A stretch of DNA of 61,055 nucleotides from an uncultured Chitinophagales bacterium (GCA_964655225.1 CAZZMB010000001.1:37752-98806); one strand, 5' to 3'; counted from the first letter of the stretch, positions 38,511-48,703 are shown. The notes: generated by a model not told the origin, from the sequence alone. A program made the numbers and translations.

Positions 38511-39317
38511 ATGATAAAGACTACTGAAAAAGATTCCAACTACCGACATTTAGATAAAATGACTACCAATGAGCTTTTGCAAAATATGAATAAGGAGGAT
38601 CAGACTGTCCCTTTAGCAGTTGCCAAATGCATCGACCAAATTGAATCGGTGGTTGATTTAGTTAGTGATAAATTGCTTTCCGGGGGTCGTCTTTTCTATA
38701 TAGGTGCTGGAACTAGTGGTCGATTAGGTATTGTTGATGCAAGTGAATGCCCTCCCACATTTGGTGTATCTCATGAATTGGTTACGGGAATTATTTCCGG
38801 AGGAGATAAAGCGATTAGAAAGGCAGTGGAGTTTGCCGAAGATAGTAAGGATTTGGCATGGGAAGATTTATCTGAATTTGCAGTTACGGCAAAGGATATT
38901 GTAATCGGGATAGCGGCATCTGGAACAACTCCGTATGTCATTGCTGGATTGGAAGCTTGTAATTTCAATAATATATCTACCGCTTGTATTACATGCAATG
39001 CAGGAAGTCCTTTGGCTGCCGTTGCTAATTATCCAATTGAATGTGTGGTCGGCCCAGAGTTTGTTACCGGAAGCACACGTATGAAAGCGGGTACTGCTCA
39101 AAAGTTAATTTTAAATATGATTAGCACTTCCACAATGATAAAAATTGGTCGCGTTGAGGACAACAAAATGGTAAACATGCAGCTAAGTAATCATAAATTA
39201 GTAGCGAGAGGCGTTAAAATGATTGTAGAAGCCACCGGAGTGAATAAAACAATAGCCAAGGAAAATTTGTTAAAGTTTAATAGTGTAAAGCTGGCAATTG
39301 AGGCCTTAAATAATTAG
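38511..39317 (+). CDS. murQ: N-acetylmuramic acid 6-phosphate etherase
   Basis: 268 aa. SIS-domain GGRLFYIGAGTSGRLG, ASECPPTFG and GSTRMKAGTAQKL motifs. Confidence 0.92.
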   Translation: MIKTTEKDSNYRHLDKMTTNELLQNMNKEDQTVPLAVAKCIDQIESVVDLVSDKLLSGGRLFYIGAGTSGRLGIVDASECPPTFGVSHELVTGIISGGDKAIRKAVEFAEDSKDLAWEDLSEFAVTAKDIVIGIAASGTTPYVIAGLEACNFNNISTACITCNAGSPLAAVANYPIECVVGPEFVTGSTRMKAGTAQKLILNMISTSTMIKIGRVEDNKMVNMQLSNHKLVARGVKMIVEATGVNKTIAKENLLKFNSVKLAIEALNN

Positions 39318-39318
39318 T

Positions 39319-39894
39319 ATGCATGGAATAGAACCCTATTGGCGTTGGCGTGATTTGTACAAAGCAGAAGAAGATGAATATTCTCCATTTTTTGAGCGGG
39401 AGTATTCAGAGTTTGAATTTACACATGCGATTTACGACCATGCCATTCATCCTCAGTGGGATTATATTGGATCACCTACCCTTTTTATTAAGATTTTGTT
39501 TGTCGATTATGATGATGGAATGGCAGTTATTGAATTGTTAGGTGAATGGAATGATACTATCAATAATGATATAATGTTTTTCAAAAGAGATGTCATAGAT
39601 ACACTTACAAAAAATGGGGTCTATCGATTTATCATTATAGGAGAAAATGTGCTTAATTTCCATGGCGAGTCAGAGGATTATTATGACGAGTGGTACAATG
39701 ATATTATTGATGAGGGAGGATGGATTGCTTTCGTTAATTTCAATGCGCATGTTCTTGAAGAAATAATGAGTGAAAACATTCATTATTACATGCACAGTAA
39801 TCAAGAGTTGCAGTCCTTAAACTGGCGAAAATATACGCCGGATAAATTGTTGGTGCTGGTCGAAGATCAATTACTTCGTGCCTTACACAGTTAA
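39319..39894 (+). CDS. Hypothetical acidic Trp/Tyr-rich cytoplasmic protein
   Basis: 191 aa, starts 1 nt after the murQ stop. No recognised motif. The central AVIELLGEWNDTINNDIMFFKRDVIDTL..YRFIIIGENVLNFHGES has a STAS-like strand-helix-strand pattern (weak). Confidence 0.62.
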   Translation: MHGIEPYWRWRDLYKAEEDEYSPFFEREYSEFEFTHAIYDHAIHPQWDYIGSPTLFIKILFVDYDDGMAVIELLGEWNDTINNDIMFFKRDVIDTLTKNGVYRFIIIGENVLNFHGESEDYYDEWYNDIIDEGGWIAFVNFNAHVLEEIMSENIHYYMHSNQELQSLNWRKYTPDKLLVLVEDQLLRALHS

Positions 39895-39909
39895 TTTTTA
39901 AGCTTAGAC

Positions 39910-41511
39910 CTAGTATTCGTGGGACAATGCATCTACTTTAAAATCACTGGTTGTATAGAACTTTATCTCTGGAAAGTCGTCTTTTGCTACTTTAAGAATC
40001 CATGGTGAGTCTGCTAAAAACACGAGATTTCCATCTTTGTCGCTAACAATATTTGCATGCTTTCTTCGCATAAATTCTTTCAGCTTTTCTTCATTTTCAC
40101 TTAAAATCCAACAAGCCTTGAAATAATTTAAGGGTTTAAAATCGGCGGTAGCACCGTACTCATGCTTCAATCGGTATTGTATTACTTCAAACTGAAGTTG
40201 CCCCACCGTACCTATAATCTTTCTATTGCCTAATTTATGCTTAAATAATTGGGCAACACCTTCATCGCTGAGTTGATTGACTCCTTTCTCCAATTGTTTT
40301 GACTTCATCGGATCTTTATTAATTACTTCTCTAAATAATTCAGGAGAGAAACTTGGAATACCTTTGTAGAACAGCTTCTCGCCTTCCGTAAGGGTGTCAC
40401 CAATTTTAAATGTTCCAGAATCGTACAATCCAACCACATCACCAGGGTAAGCTTCTTCAATAATATTTTTCTTTTGAGCCATAAAACTTGTTGGATTATT
40501 GAAGCGTACTTTTTTATCTAGTCTAGAGTGGTGATAAAAAGTATTTCGTTCAAATTTTCCTGAACAAATTCGCAAGAAGGCAATTCTATCTCTATGATTG
40601 GGATCAAGGTTTGCATGGATTTTAAAAACAAAACCTGTAAACTTTTTTTCTGTAGGCTCCACTTCTCTGGCCTGTGTTTCTCGTTTTTTAGGATTTGGAG
40701 CAAACTCAATAAATGTATCAAGCATTTCCTTAACTCCAAAATTGTTAACTGCACTGCCAAAGAATACAGGTGCAATCTCCCCACTTAAGTAGGGTGCTGC
40801 ATCAAAATCTTCATATACTCCTTGAATTAGTTCTACATCTTCTCGCAAGGTGTCTGCATATTCTTTTCCAATTTTCTCGTCAAGTTCGGGTGTCTCTAAA
40901 TCTTTAAATTGTAAAATGTCATCTTGCTTTTGCCCAGCTGAGAAAAGGTTAAGTTCATCTTGAGCAAGATTATACACTCCTTTGAAGGTCTTACCCATGC
41001 CGATAGGCCATGTTAATGGTCGAACCTTGATCTCTAATTTATTTTCCAGTTCATCTAACAGATCATAAGGATCCCGTCCATCTCGATCCAGTTTATTGAT
41101 AAAGACAATTACAGGAGTTTTACGCATTCTACAGACCTCCATTAAGCGCTCTGTTTGCTCTTCTACGCCCTTTACGCAATCGATTACGAGTATTACGCTA
41201 TCAACAGCTGTTAAGGTTCTGTAGGTGTCTTCTGCAAAGTCCTTGTGTCCGGGAGTATCTAGGATATTAATTAGTTTATTACGATATTCAAAGGCCATTA
41301 CCGAGGTTGCTACAGATATTCCTCTCTGTTTTTCAATCTCCATAAAATCAGAAGTGGTGGCTTTCTTAATTTTATTGGATTTTACCGCTCCTGCTGTTTG
41401 GATAGCTCCACCAAAAAGTAAAAGTTTTTCCGTCAGTGTTGTCTTTCCAGAATCTGGATGCGCTATTACAGCAAAGGTTTTCCTTTTTTGAATTTCATCG
41501 ATTAAGCTCAT
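39910..41511 (-). CDS. prfC: Peptide chain release factor 3
   Basis: 533 aa. GTPase motifs [23 protein letters not shown] and NKLDR, plus the RF3-specific C-terminal domains. Confidence 0.95.
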   Translation of the reverse strand: MSLIDEIQKRKTFAVIAHPDSGKTTLTEKLLLFGGAIQTAGAVKSNKIKKATTSDFMEIEKQRGISVATSVMAFEYRNKLINILDTPGHKDFAEDTYRTLTAVDSVILVIDCVKGVEEQTERLMEVCRMRKTPVIVFINKLDRDGRDPYDLLDELENKLEIKVRPLTWPIGMGKTFKGVYNLAQDELNLFSAGQKQDDILQFKDLETPELDEKIGKEYADTLREDVELIQGVYEDFDAAPYLSGEIAPVFFGSAVNNFGVKEMLDTFIEFAPNPKKRETQAREVEPTEKKFTGFVFKIHANLDPNHRDRIAFLRICSGKFERNTFYHHSRLDKKVRFNNPTSFMAQKKNIIEEAYPGDVVGLYDSGTFKIGDTLTEGEKLFYKGIPSFSPELFREVINKDPMKSKQLEKGVNQLSDEGVAQLFKHKLGNRKIIGTVGQLQFEVIQYRLKHEYGATADFKPLNYFKACWILSENEEKLKEFMRRKHANIVSDKDGNLVFLADSPWILKVAKDDFPEIKFYTTSDFKVDALSHEY

Positions 41512-41530
41512 GCATCAGTTAATTGAATTG

Positions 41531-41538
41531 CAAAAATA
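41531..41538 (-). promoter_or_regulatory. Candidate -7 box (TATTTTTG on the minus strand) for prfC
   Basis: Plus-strand CAAAAATA, about 19 nt upstream of ATG 41511. Confidence 0.4.
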
Positions 41539-41636
41539 CGGGGATTAAATTGAATAGCGAAATAAGAATCAAGGCCTTATTATTTTAAATACACGAAGTT
41601 AAGTTAGCCTATTTTTAAATCTCTCCAACTTAGAAA

Positions 41637-41669
41637 TAAAAATGCCCAATATTAATATTGGGCATTTTT
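41637..41669 (-). terminator. Stem-loop terminator after the DUF2795 gene
   Basis: Near-perfect palindrome AAAAATGCCCAATA-TTAA-TATTGGGCATTTTT. T-runs on both strands. It separates the DUF2795 gene from prfC. Confidence 0.72.
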
Positions 41670-41678
41670 ATAAGATTT

Positions 41679-41900
41679 TTAATACTCTTCTTCATCGAAG
41701 AAGAAATCGTCTTTTGTGGGGTAATCAGGCCAAATGTCATCAATCCCTTCGTAGATTTCATCATCATCTTCCAGCTCCTGAAGATTTTCGATAACTTCAA
41801 CTGGAGCTCCTGATCGAATAGCATAATCAATAAGATCATCTTTTACTGATGGCCAGGGCGCATCTTCAAGATAAGTAGCTAGTTCTAATGTCCAAAACAT
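41679..41900 (-). CDS. DUF2795 domain protein
   Basis: Start set at MFWTLELATYLEDAPWPSVKDDLIDYAIRSGAP.EVIENL (DUF2795 pattern), followed by an acidic tail. A -7 box at 41922..41929 lies inside the longer ORF. Confidence 0.68.
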   Translation of the reverse strand: MFWTLELATYLEDAPWPSVKDDLIDYAIRSGAPVEVIENLQELEDDDEIYEGIDDIWPDYPTKDDFFFDEEEY

Positions 41901-41921
41901 AGGCGGTTTTTTAATAGCGTG

Positions 41922-41929
41922 CAAAAATA
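41922..41929 (-). promoter_or_regulatory. Candidate -7 box (TATTTTTG on the minus strand) for the DUF2795 gene
   Basis: Plus-strand CAAAAATA, about 21 nt upstream of ATG 41900. Confidence 0.38.
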
Positions 41930-41961
41930 AGCTAAAACTTATAAATAACTATCTTTTTATA

Positions 41962-42507
41962 TTATTTTTTTGGAAGCCATTTCACTTCGTCAACAGACAA
42001 ATCATTGGCAATTTTCCTAGCAAGAACAAAAAGGTAGTCTGATAATCTGTTTAAATATATGACTATCAATTTATTAACCTCTTCAACTTGTGCTAAGGCA
42101 ACCGTTATCCTTTCGGCACGTCTACAAACGGTACGTGCAATATGACAATAAGAAACATGCGGATGTCCTCCTGGTAGTATAAAAGCATCGAGTTCACTGA
42201 GCTTTTGATTCATGGAATCTATCAAATTTTCTAATGTATCGATATCTTTTTGCTCTATGTTTTTAAAAAAAGTATTGACTTTTCCTTCAGGTGTGGCTAA
42301 AATTGCTCCAATTGTAAAGAGTTCTTCTTGTATCTTTTTTAGTTCGGCGTGTTGTTCGCTATCGCATACATCTTTCACCAAGCCAATATGAGAATTCAAC
42401 TCATCTACTGTGCCATAACAGTCTATTTTTAAGTCAGATTTAGATATCCGCTTTCCTCCAAACAATGAAGTTTCTCCTAAGTCTCCGGTTTTGGTGTAAA
42501 TTTTCAT
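41962..42507 (-). CDS. PduO-type ATP:cob(I)alamin adenosyltransferase
   Basis: 181 aa. N-terminal MKIYTKTGDLGETSLFGG (TKTGD.G.T ATP-binding loop), ILPGG and R...RRAER motifs. Confidence 0.9.
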   Translation of the reverse strand: MKIYTKTGDLGETSLFGGKRISKSDLKIDCYGTVDELNSHIGLVKDVCDSEQHAELKKIQEELFTIGAILATPEGKVNTFFKNIEQKDIDTLENLIDSMNQKLSELDAFILPGGHPHVSYCHIARTVCRRAERITVALAQVEEVNKLIVIYLNRLSDYLFVLARKIANDLSVDEVKWLPKK

Positions 42508-42518
42508 ATCATATATTT

Positions 42519-44195
42519 TTAATAGTGCATGGGTTTAAATGCTACATTCATTCTTAATCCAAGGCCAATCCAAACAACACTCCTATCCTCTTCATCAATA
42601 TCGCTATTTACAGATCGATAGCTTACATTGAAATCAGCATACATATTATGCCAAAATTGATACGATGCCATTAACTCAATAAAGTTTGTCCGATAAGCGG
42701 TTCCTTGCCCAACCCAATTATCAAATTCATTGCTTGCCAAAGAACCATTAGAGGTTTGAAAAATATCCCCTCCATACAAGCTGCCAATTGTATCATTACC
42801 ATGAACAGCATTAATATATTTTAGCTGAAGATTTAGTTCAGGAAGGCATGCAGGTTGATACTTAATAATTCCGATGGTTTCTCTGAAATTAGCACCTAAT
42901 GGATGGGCTAACTCTTGGTTATAATGGGTGTAATTAGCTAATTGTTGACCGTTTTTTCCACTGTGGGTATAAATAAATGGCCGAGCCATATTGTATTCTA
43001 ATTGTAAATCTAAATTATCAACACCTCCAATATTGATGTATTTAAAACCTTGCTGAATTGCATATTTGTTACCCCACCAGCCATTGAATTGACTAATTTG
43101 AGAAAAATTAAACTCATCCATTACAAATTGCCCATAAAACTGGGCTGTTTTAGCCACGTTAGCTTTGTAATCAAAACCAATTAAGGCGTTGTCAGGACTT
43201 CCTAAGGCTTGCTCGATACTTCTAAAAAAAATTAATGGATTTAGGTAATGCAGTTCAAATCCATCACTTCGTGACATAATAACACCTTCAAATACACCGA
43301 AATCCAGCCACTTTGTTACGCTAAAATTTAAATGATGGAATGCACCATACTTTTTATCTAATAATCTGTCTAACCCTCGACTATACTGCCCGGTTAACTC
43401 CGTAAAAATACTTTGATAGTTTATTTTCCATACACGGATGTTCATTTTCAAAAACAAGGAAGCTGCGGCATTATCTGACAGCAGCATAGATCGATAGCCA
43501 TTCCCAATAAAATTCTTATCGTAGCCAAACTGGAAATCTAGATGTTCGATAACATTGAAGGTCATGTACCCTCGAGTAGAAAAATAATCTTGTCCATTCT
43601 CCTTGTAAGTTTTGTAGTAGGCTTCCCCTGGCACATTCTCGAATGTTCTGTTCACTCGCTCATCTCTAACAAAACTTGGGTATCTCATTAAAGTGCTACC
43701 TAGGTGAAAATAAAAGCCTAAGCGCTTTTTTACATAGGCTCTTAATTCAAATCCTCTTACGATATTAAACGTAAGTTTATTATCCAATTCAGGTGCAAAA
43801 TGCATCTGTAGTACTGGATTCAACCGCAAAGTAAAGGCCTTTGTATTTACACTAAATAAAGATGCTCTTTCTGGATAAATTATTTTCCAAAGTGGTTTTT
43901 TTGAAACATTGAATGAATCTACCCATTCACTGTTATCATTCAGGATATATTCTAAATTAAAGGATGTTTGTGGACTTAAATTAATATTCGAGTTGTACAT
44001 ACTTTCTGCATATTGAGCTAACCATTTTTTATTGTATGGCTTTACAGAGGTATGTGGCATAGGAAGAATTTTTCCGTATTGGATATCTAGACGATTCATT
44101 TCATGATAACTATCCGTATTTAAGGGAGTGTAAGTCCCTTGACCCCACGTATATATACCGAAAAAAAGGCAAGCCAAAACAATTGTATATCTCAT
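42519..44195 (-). CDS. Predicted outer-membrane beta-barrel protein (possibly Wzi/RemB-like), function unknown
   Basis: 558 aa. Signal peptide MRYTIVLACLFFGIYTWGQG. Alternating aromatic/hydrophilic strand patterns throughout. C-terminus ..VAFKPMHY (aromatic terminal residue). The family suggestion is from memory and weak. Confidence 0.7.
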   Translation of the reverse strand: MRYTIVLACLFFGIYTWGQGTYTPLNTDSYHEMNRLDIQYGKILPMPHTSVKPYNKKWLAQYAESMYNSNINLSPQTSFNLEYILNDNSEWVDSFNVSKKPLWKIIYPERASLFSVNTKAFTLRLNPVLQMHFAPELDNKLTFNIVRGFELRAYVKKRLGFYFHLGSTLMRYPSFVRDERVNRTFENVPGEAYYKTYKENGQDYFSTRGYMTFNVIEHLDFQFGYDKNFIGNGYRSMLLSDNAAASLFLKMNIRVWKINYQSIFTELTGQYSRGLDRLLDKKYGAFHHLNFSVTKWLDFGVFEGVIMSRSDGFELHYLNPLIFFRSIEQALGSPDNALIGFDYKANVAKTAQFYGQFVMDEFNFSQISQFNGWWGNKYAIQQGFKYINIGGVDNLDLQLEYNMARPFIYTHSGKNGQQLANYTHYNQELAHPLGANFRETIGIIKYQPACLPELNLQLKYINAVHGNDTIGSLYGGDIFQTSNGSLASNEFDNWVGQGTAYRTNFIELMASYQFWHNMYADFNVSYRSVNSDIDEEDRSVVWIGLGLRMNVAFKPMHY

Positions 44196-44224
44196 ACTTT
44201 AAATATCTAAAACAAAAATACTAT

Positions 44225-46060
44225 TTATTCAAAGAACTTATTTTCTTTTTGCATCATCCTAAATAATAGCCCTAAAGAAACGATAGAGACAATTGCTAAA
44301 GAAATTGCAAGGATATACCTTCCAAACAGCAAATGACCTATCGCAAATAAGCCACTAAAACTAACAAGCATTCCTAATAACCACATGCCAACTGTCCTTA
44401 AAAATTTAGGCCCAGATTGATTGAAAGGTACAATCCCCTTCCACAATCCAATGGGTAGGCATTTTTCAGCAAAAGATTTTAAAGTCTCCTCTCCCACCTG
44501 CTTAGTTAATAGCGTAATTATGATAGAAACAACTAAGGTGATTAAAGTGATTATCACGAGTCCATAGGTGTCATAATGAGTGGACGCATTTTCAGATTTT
44601 AAGTAGGTCAATAAAAATGTAATTGCTATCGCGGTAAGCATCGCACTTATCTCAGTATATGCGTTAGCTCTCCACCAAAACCAGCGCAGAATTTGAGCAA
44701 TCCCGAGACCTGCCGCCGCATTAATAAAAAACTTCCATGCTCCTTCTATACTGTCCATTTGCGAGGCTGTTATTATCGCAAGAAGTGTAATAAGCAAGAC
44801 CATCCTTTTACTAAATTTAATTAGTTCTTTTTGATTAGCTTCTTTATTGATAAATCTTTTGTAAATGTCATTGGTTAGATAACTTGACCCCCAATTTAAA
44901 TGTGTATCAACAGTACTCATAAATGCAGCCATTAGACTTGTGAATGTTAATCCTAAGAGTCCAACAGGGAGAATCAACTTCATAATTAAGGGATAGGCTA
45001 TTTCCCTATTTTTGGCCACTAATGCCCCTTCGCTAAGGTGATTAATAGTCTCATTGCCAATGGGAAACATAACCAAAGAAACTAAGCCAACTAGAATCCA
45101 TGGCCATGTTCTCAATGCAATGAAAGCAATGGCAAATAGTAAAGAACCTTTTTGTGCGTCAGCAGCCGATTTTGCTGTATTAATTCGTTGAGCAATATAC
45201 CCAGTTCCATCGGAGTCAAATCTAACCCACCACTGAACAAGGGTATAAATTAAAAAGATTTGAAATGGTAAGAGTGGGTTGTCCAATGAAGGTAGAAATT
45301 CCGTGTAATGCCGAGCAGAAGTTTCGCCATATATATGAACTAACTGGTTCTGAATACTTTGCATTCCACCAAGTTCAGAAACTGCATAATAGGCAAATAC
45401 GATAGAAGTTATCATTGCTATGACGAACTGAACCAAGTCTGTAAGTATAACTCCCCTAATACCTCCGAGTGAGCTATAAGTAAGTACAATGATTAACAAT
45501 GCCAAAATGGTAAGGCTGGCATTTAAATCTCCTTTAAACATTAAAATACTTGGATACCAAACTTCCATAAAGTGATAAAAAGCTGGAAGTAAATCCATCC
45601 ATTGGATAAATGGACTTGCAATGCTAACAGCAGCGGTTATTACCCAGCCAAGAATGAAACAGTTTAATACAACCCCAAAGAAAAAAGCTTTAAATCCGCG
45701 AAGTAATGCCGCTTGTTTGCCGTCATATCGGAGCTCAATAAATTCTACATCGGTTAAAACACCGCTTTTTCTCCATCGTTGCGCAAAGAAAATAGCTACT
45801 GTGATATAGGTAGCTGCCCAGCTCCACCAAAGCCAATTGCCTACAATTCCATTTTTTGCAGTAATTCCAGTAACTGCAAGTGGTGTATCGGCTGCAAATG
45901 TCGTGGCAATTATAGAAATACCTAACCACCACCATGGCAAGTTTCTATCGGCTACAAAGTATGATTCAATGCCACTGCTCGCTTTTTTTGAAACGGCTAT
46001 GCCCAATAAAAAGACAAATAAAAGATAAACGCCAAAAATGATCCAATCTAATTGTTCCAA
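44225..46060 (-). CDS. Sodium:solute symporter (SSS) family transporter
   Basis: 611 aa, about 13-15 TM helices. N-terminal DWIIFGVYLLFVFLLGI...YFVADRNLPWW and GGIRGVILTD motifs typical of the SSF family. Confidence 0.87.
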   Translation of the reverse strand: MEQLDWIIFGVYLLFVFLLGIAVSKKASSGIESYFVADRNLPWWWLGISIIATTFAADTPLAVTGITAKNGIVGNWLWWSWAATYITVAIFFAQRWRKSGVLTDVEFIELRYDGKQAALLRGFKAFFFGVVLNCFILGWVITAAVSIASPFIQWMDLLPAFYHFMEVWYPSILMFKGDLNASLTILALLIIVLTYSSLGGIRGVILTDLVQFVIAMITSIVFAYYAVSELGGMQSIQNQLVHIYGETSARHYTEFLPSLDNPLLPFQIFLIYTLVQWWVRFDSDGTGYIAQRINTAKSAADAQKGSLLFAIAFIALRTWPWILVGLVSLVMFPIGNETINHLSEGALVAKNREIAYPLIMKLILPVGLLGLTFTSLMAAFMSTVDTHLNWGSSYLTNDIYKRFINKEANQKELIKFSKRMVLLITLLAIITASQMDSIEGAWKFFINAAAGLGIAQILRWFWWRANAYTEISAMLTAIAITFLLTYLKSENASTHYDTYGLVIITLITLVVSIIITLLTKQVGEETLKSFAEKCLPIGLWKGIVPFNQSGPKFLRTVGMWLLGMLVSFSGLFAIGHLLFGRYILAISLAIVSIVSLGLLFRMMQKENKFFE

Positions 46061-46076
46061 GTCATTGTATTTTTAA

Positions 46077-46084
46077 CAAATTTA
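46077..46084 (-). promoter_or_regulatory. Candidate -7 box (TAAATTTG on the minus strand) for the symporter-OMP-adenosyltransferase string
   Basis: Plus-strand CAAATTTA, about 16 nt upstream of ATG 46060. Confidence 0.4.
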
Positions 46085-46191
46085 GTATTTAGATCCAAAA
46101 AAACTGACAAGAGTTATACTTGAACATTAATCATTTAATCCAACACATATACTAAACCTTTCTATCCGCAGAGTATTTAACCGAAAGACTA

Positions 46192-47319
46192 TTAACTCCC
46201 CAGTTCCTTACGAAAGAAATCTAAGACATAATTAATTTCTTTACTTGTTGTTAAAGTAGAGAAACTAAATCGAAAAGTAGAATAATCAGCGTTGAGATTA
46301 AGGAATTCAATGATATCCGAATTCTTGACTGCTCCGGAGGAACATGCACTTCCAGTAGAAACAGCAATTCCAGCCATGTCTAGTTGAATAGTAAAGATGT
46401 CGTTAATGAGTTTATTTGGGATCGAACAAGATAAAATGGTATAAGTTGATTCATCAGGAATCTCATTAAACAAAATTTCTTTCTGAATAGCACGTAATCC
46501 ATTTTTTAATTGAGATTTTATCTCGGTAAGCTGTGCCTTATCTTTTTCTAAATTAGCATAGGCTATATTCAGCGCTTCCCCCATTCCTACAATACCAGGA
46601 ACATTCTCCGTGCTTGATCGCAGGTTTCTTTCATGACCACCTCCATGAAGCCAAGAGCTTAAGGCTATAGTTGACTTTTTATACAAAAATCCAATGCCCA
46701 AAGGCCCATTAAATTTGTGAGCTGAAGCAGATAGAAAGGATATATTTAAGTTTTCCAAGTTAAATGGGTAATGACCAATACTTTGTACTGTGTCGGAATG
46801 AAACAATGCATCGCTTTGTTTGCATAAATCTCCTATTCTATCTATGTCATTTATGGAGCCCAATTCATTCTGAATATGCATAATACTGACCAAGGTTTTT
46901 TTCTTACTCTTGATAAGCAATTTTTCTAAATGTTTTAAATCAACCTGTCCATAAATTCCTAAATCAAGGTATTCAACTTCGATGCTGTGCTGATCCTTTA
47001 AGAATTTTACCGTATTTAACACACATTTATGTTCTACATGGGATGTAATAATCCGCTCAACGTTTAGATCTTGAACAGCCAACTTAAGGACTATATTATT
47101 TGCTTCAGTACCACTTGCACAAAAGTATATTTCTGAGGATTTAGCTCCTAGGTGGTTAGCGATGGATTTCCGAGTATTCTCTATAGCAGCTTTTTGTTTT
47201 CTGCCAAAAGAATGAACAGATGATGGGTTGCCGTAGGACAAAGCTAAATATGGCATCATTGCTTTTAGTGCCTTGGGGTGCAATGGTGAAGATGCTGCAT
47301 GATCTAAATAAATTTCCAT
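46192..47319 (-). CDS. Cysteine desulfurase (NifS/IscS-like class V PLP enzyme)
   Basis: IYLDHAASSPL N-terminus, SASAHKFNGPLGIG (PLP-Lys), active-site GSACSSG. Start set at MEIYLDH (47319). The ORF maximum of 47334 would overlap the glmM stop. Confidence 0.86.
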   Translation of the reverse strand: MEIYLDHAASSPLHPKALKAMMPYLALSYGNPSSVHSFGRKQKAAIENTRKSIANHLGAKSSEIYFCASGTEANNIVLKLAVQDLNVERIITSHVEHKCVLNTVKFLKDQHSIEVEYLDLGIYGQVDLKHLEKLLIKSKKKTLVSIMHIQNELGSINDIDRIGDLCKQSDALFHSDTVQSIGHYPFNLENLNISFLSASAHKFNGPLGIGFLYKKSTIALSSWLHGGGHERNLRSSTENVPGIVGMGEALNIAYANLEKDKAQLTEIKSQLKNGLRAIQKEILFNEIPDESTYTILSCSIPNKLINDIFTIQLDMAGIAVSTGSACSSGAVKNSDIIEFLNLNADYSTFRFSFSTLTTSKEINYVLDFFRKELGS

Positions 47320-47323
47320 ATTC

Positions 47324-48703
47324 TTATTCTTCAAAAGACTTAATATCTTCTTTTATTTGTTTAACTATGTTTTTAGCAACAGTTTTGCTGTCACTTTCCG
47401 CATAAACTCTAACAATAGGTTCTGTATTTGATTTTCTAATCATTACCCATCCCTCTGGCATCATTATTTTGAGACCATCCACAATGTTTATATCAAAGTT
47501 ATTGTATTTATTCTCTAATTTAGCTAAAATTCCATCAACATCCGTTTGAGCATCTAAGGGTATTTTACCCTTAATCATTTCGTAGTTTGGGTAGGTCGAA
47601 CGCAAAAACGAGATGCTTTTACCTGTTTTGGCGAGATGACTTAAGAATAATGCAATGCCAACTAAGGCATCTCTGCCATAATGCAATTCTGGGTATATAA
47701 TACCTCCATTGCCTTCTCCTCCAATGACAGCATTAACTTCCTTCATTTTCGCTACTACATTCACTTCACCCACGGCACTCGGATGATATGTTGATTGGTG
47801 TTTTTCGCAGATGTCTTTTAGGGCCATTGATGACGATAGGTTTGAAACCGCACTTCCTTTTTTATTTTGTAAGATATAGTCAGCAACTGCGACAAGCGTA
47901 TACTCCTCGCCAAACATTTCACCATCATCATTGACTAAGGCAAGACGATCTACATCAGGATCTACAGAAATACCTAAACTTGCTTCTTCTCTAACTACGG
48001 AATTGGACAAACTTGTTAGATTCTCGGCTAATGGCTCCGGGTTATGAGCAAATAAACCTGTTGGTTCACAATTGAGTTCTATGATGTCTGTTACTCCGAG
48101 AGCTTTTAGTAACATCGGTACATAAATTCCACCACTAGAATTTACTGCATCGACCACAATTCTAAACTTAGCTTTAGAAATGGCATCTTTATCTACCAAA
48201 GGCAATTTTAAGATGTGCTCTATGTGTTGTTCCTTATAATTCATGAGGGAATGTGTCCCGATATCATCTACTTCAGGGAAGTCAAATTCACCTTCTTCTG
48301 CTATATCAAGAATAGTCTGACCATCACTAGCTGATATAAATTCACCTTTTTCATTTAAAAGTTTAAGCGCATTCCATTGTTTGGGATTATGACTTGCTGT
48401 AAGTATTATTCCCCCACTTGCTTTCAAATCTACTACTGCCATTTCAACTGTGGGTGTAGTGGATAGACCAAGATCAATAACATCATAACCTGCTCCCATT
48501 AAGGCTCCTACTACAAGATTATTGACCATTTCTCCCGAGATACGAGCATCACGACCAATAACAATTGAGTTTGTTTTACCCGTCTTTTTTAACCAAAATG
48601 CATAGGCAATGGCAAACTTTACAATGTCAAAAGGAGTCAATCCTTCATCTTCTTTACCCCCAATTGTACCGCGGATTCCTGAAATGGTTTTTAGTATTGC
48701 CAT
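47324..48703 (-). CDS. glmM: Phosphoglucosamine mutase
   Basis: 459 aa. GIRG N-terminus, phospho-Ser loop LTASHNPKQWNALK, metal site DPDVDRLA, GGEGNGG sugar-binding loop. Confidence 0.92.
   Translation of the reverse strand: MAILKTISGIRGTIGGKEDEGLTPFDIVKFAIAYAFWLKKTGKTNSIVIGRDARISGEMVNNLVVGALMGAGYDVIDLGLSTTPTVEMAVVDLKASGGIILTASHNPKQWNALKLLNEKGEFISASDGQTILDIAEEGEFDFPEVDDIGTHSLMNYKEQHIEHILKLPLVDKDAISKAKFRIVVDAVNSSGGIYVPMLLKALGVTDIIELNCEPTGLFAHNPEPLAENLTSLSNSVVREEASLGISVDPDVDRLALVNDDGEMFGEEYTLVAVADYILQNKKGSAVSNLSSSMALKDICEKHQSTYHPSAVGEVNVVAKMKEVNAVIGGEGNGGIIYPELHYGRDALVGIALFLSHLAKTGKSISFLRSTYPNYEMIKGKIPLDAQTDVDGILAKLENKYNNFDINIVDGLKIMMPEGWVMIRKSNTEPIVRVYAESDSKTVAKNIVKQIKEDIKSFEE

Noticed and set aside
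38445-38549. Longer start for the rhodanese ORF (183 aa), overlapping the murQ start
   Set aside because: A TAnnTTTG box lies inside the extension, 14 nt upstream of the internal ATG. That ATG begins a lipoprotein signal peptide.
40518-41491. Several 64-88-aa ORFs on both strands within prfC
   Set aside because: They are alternative frames of a highly conserved GTPase gene and are spurious.
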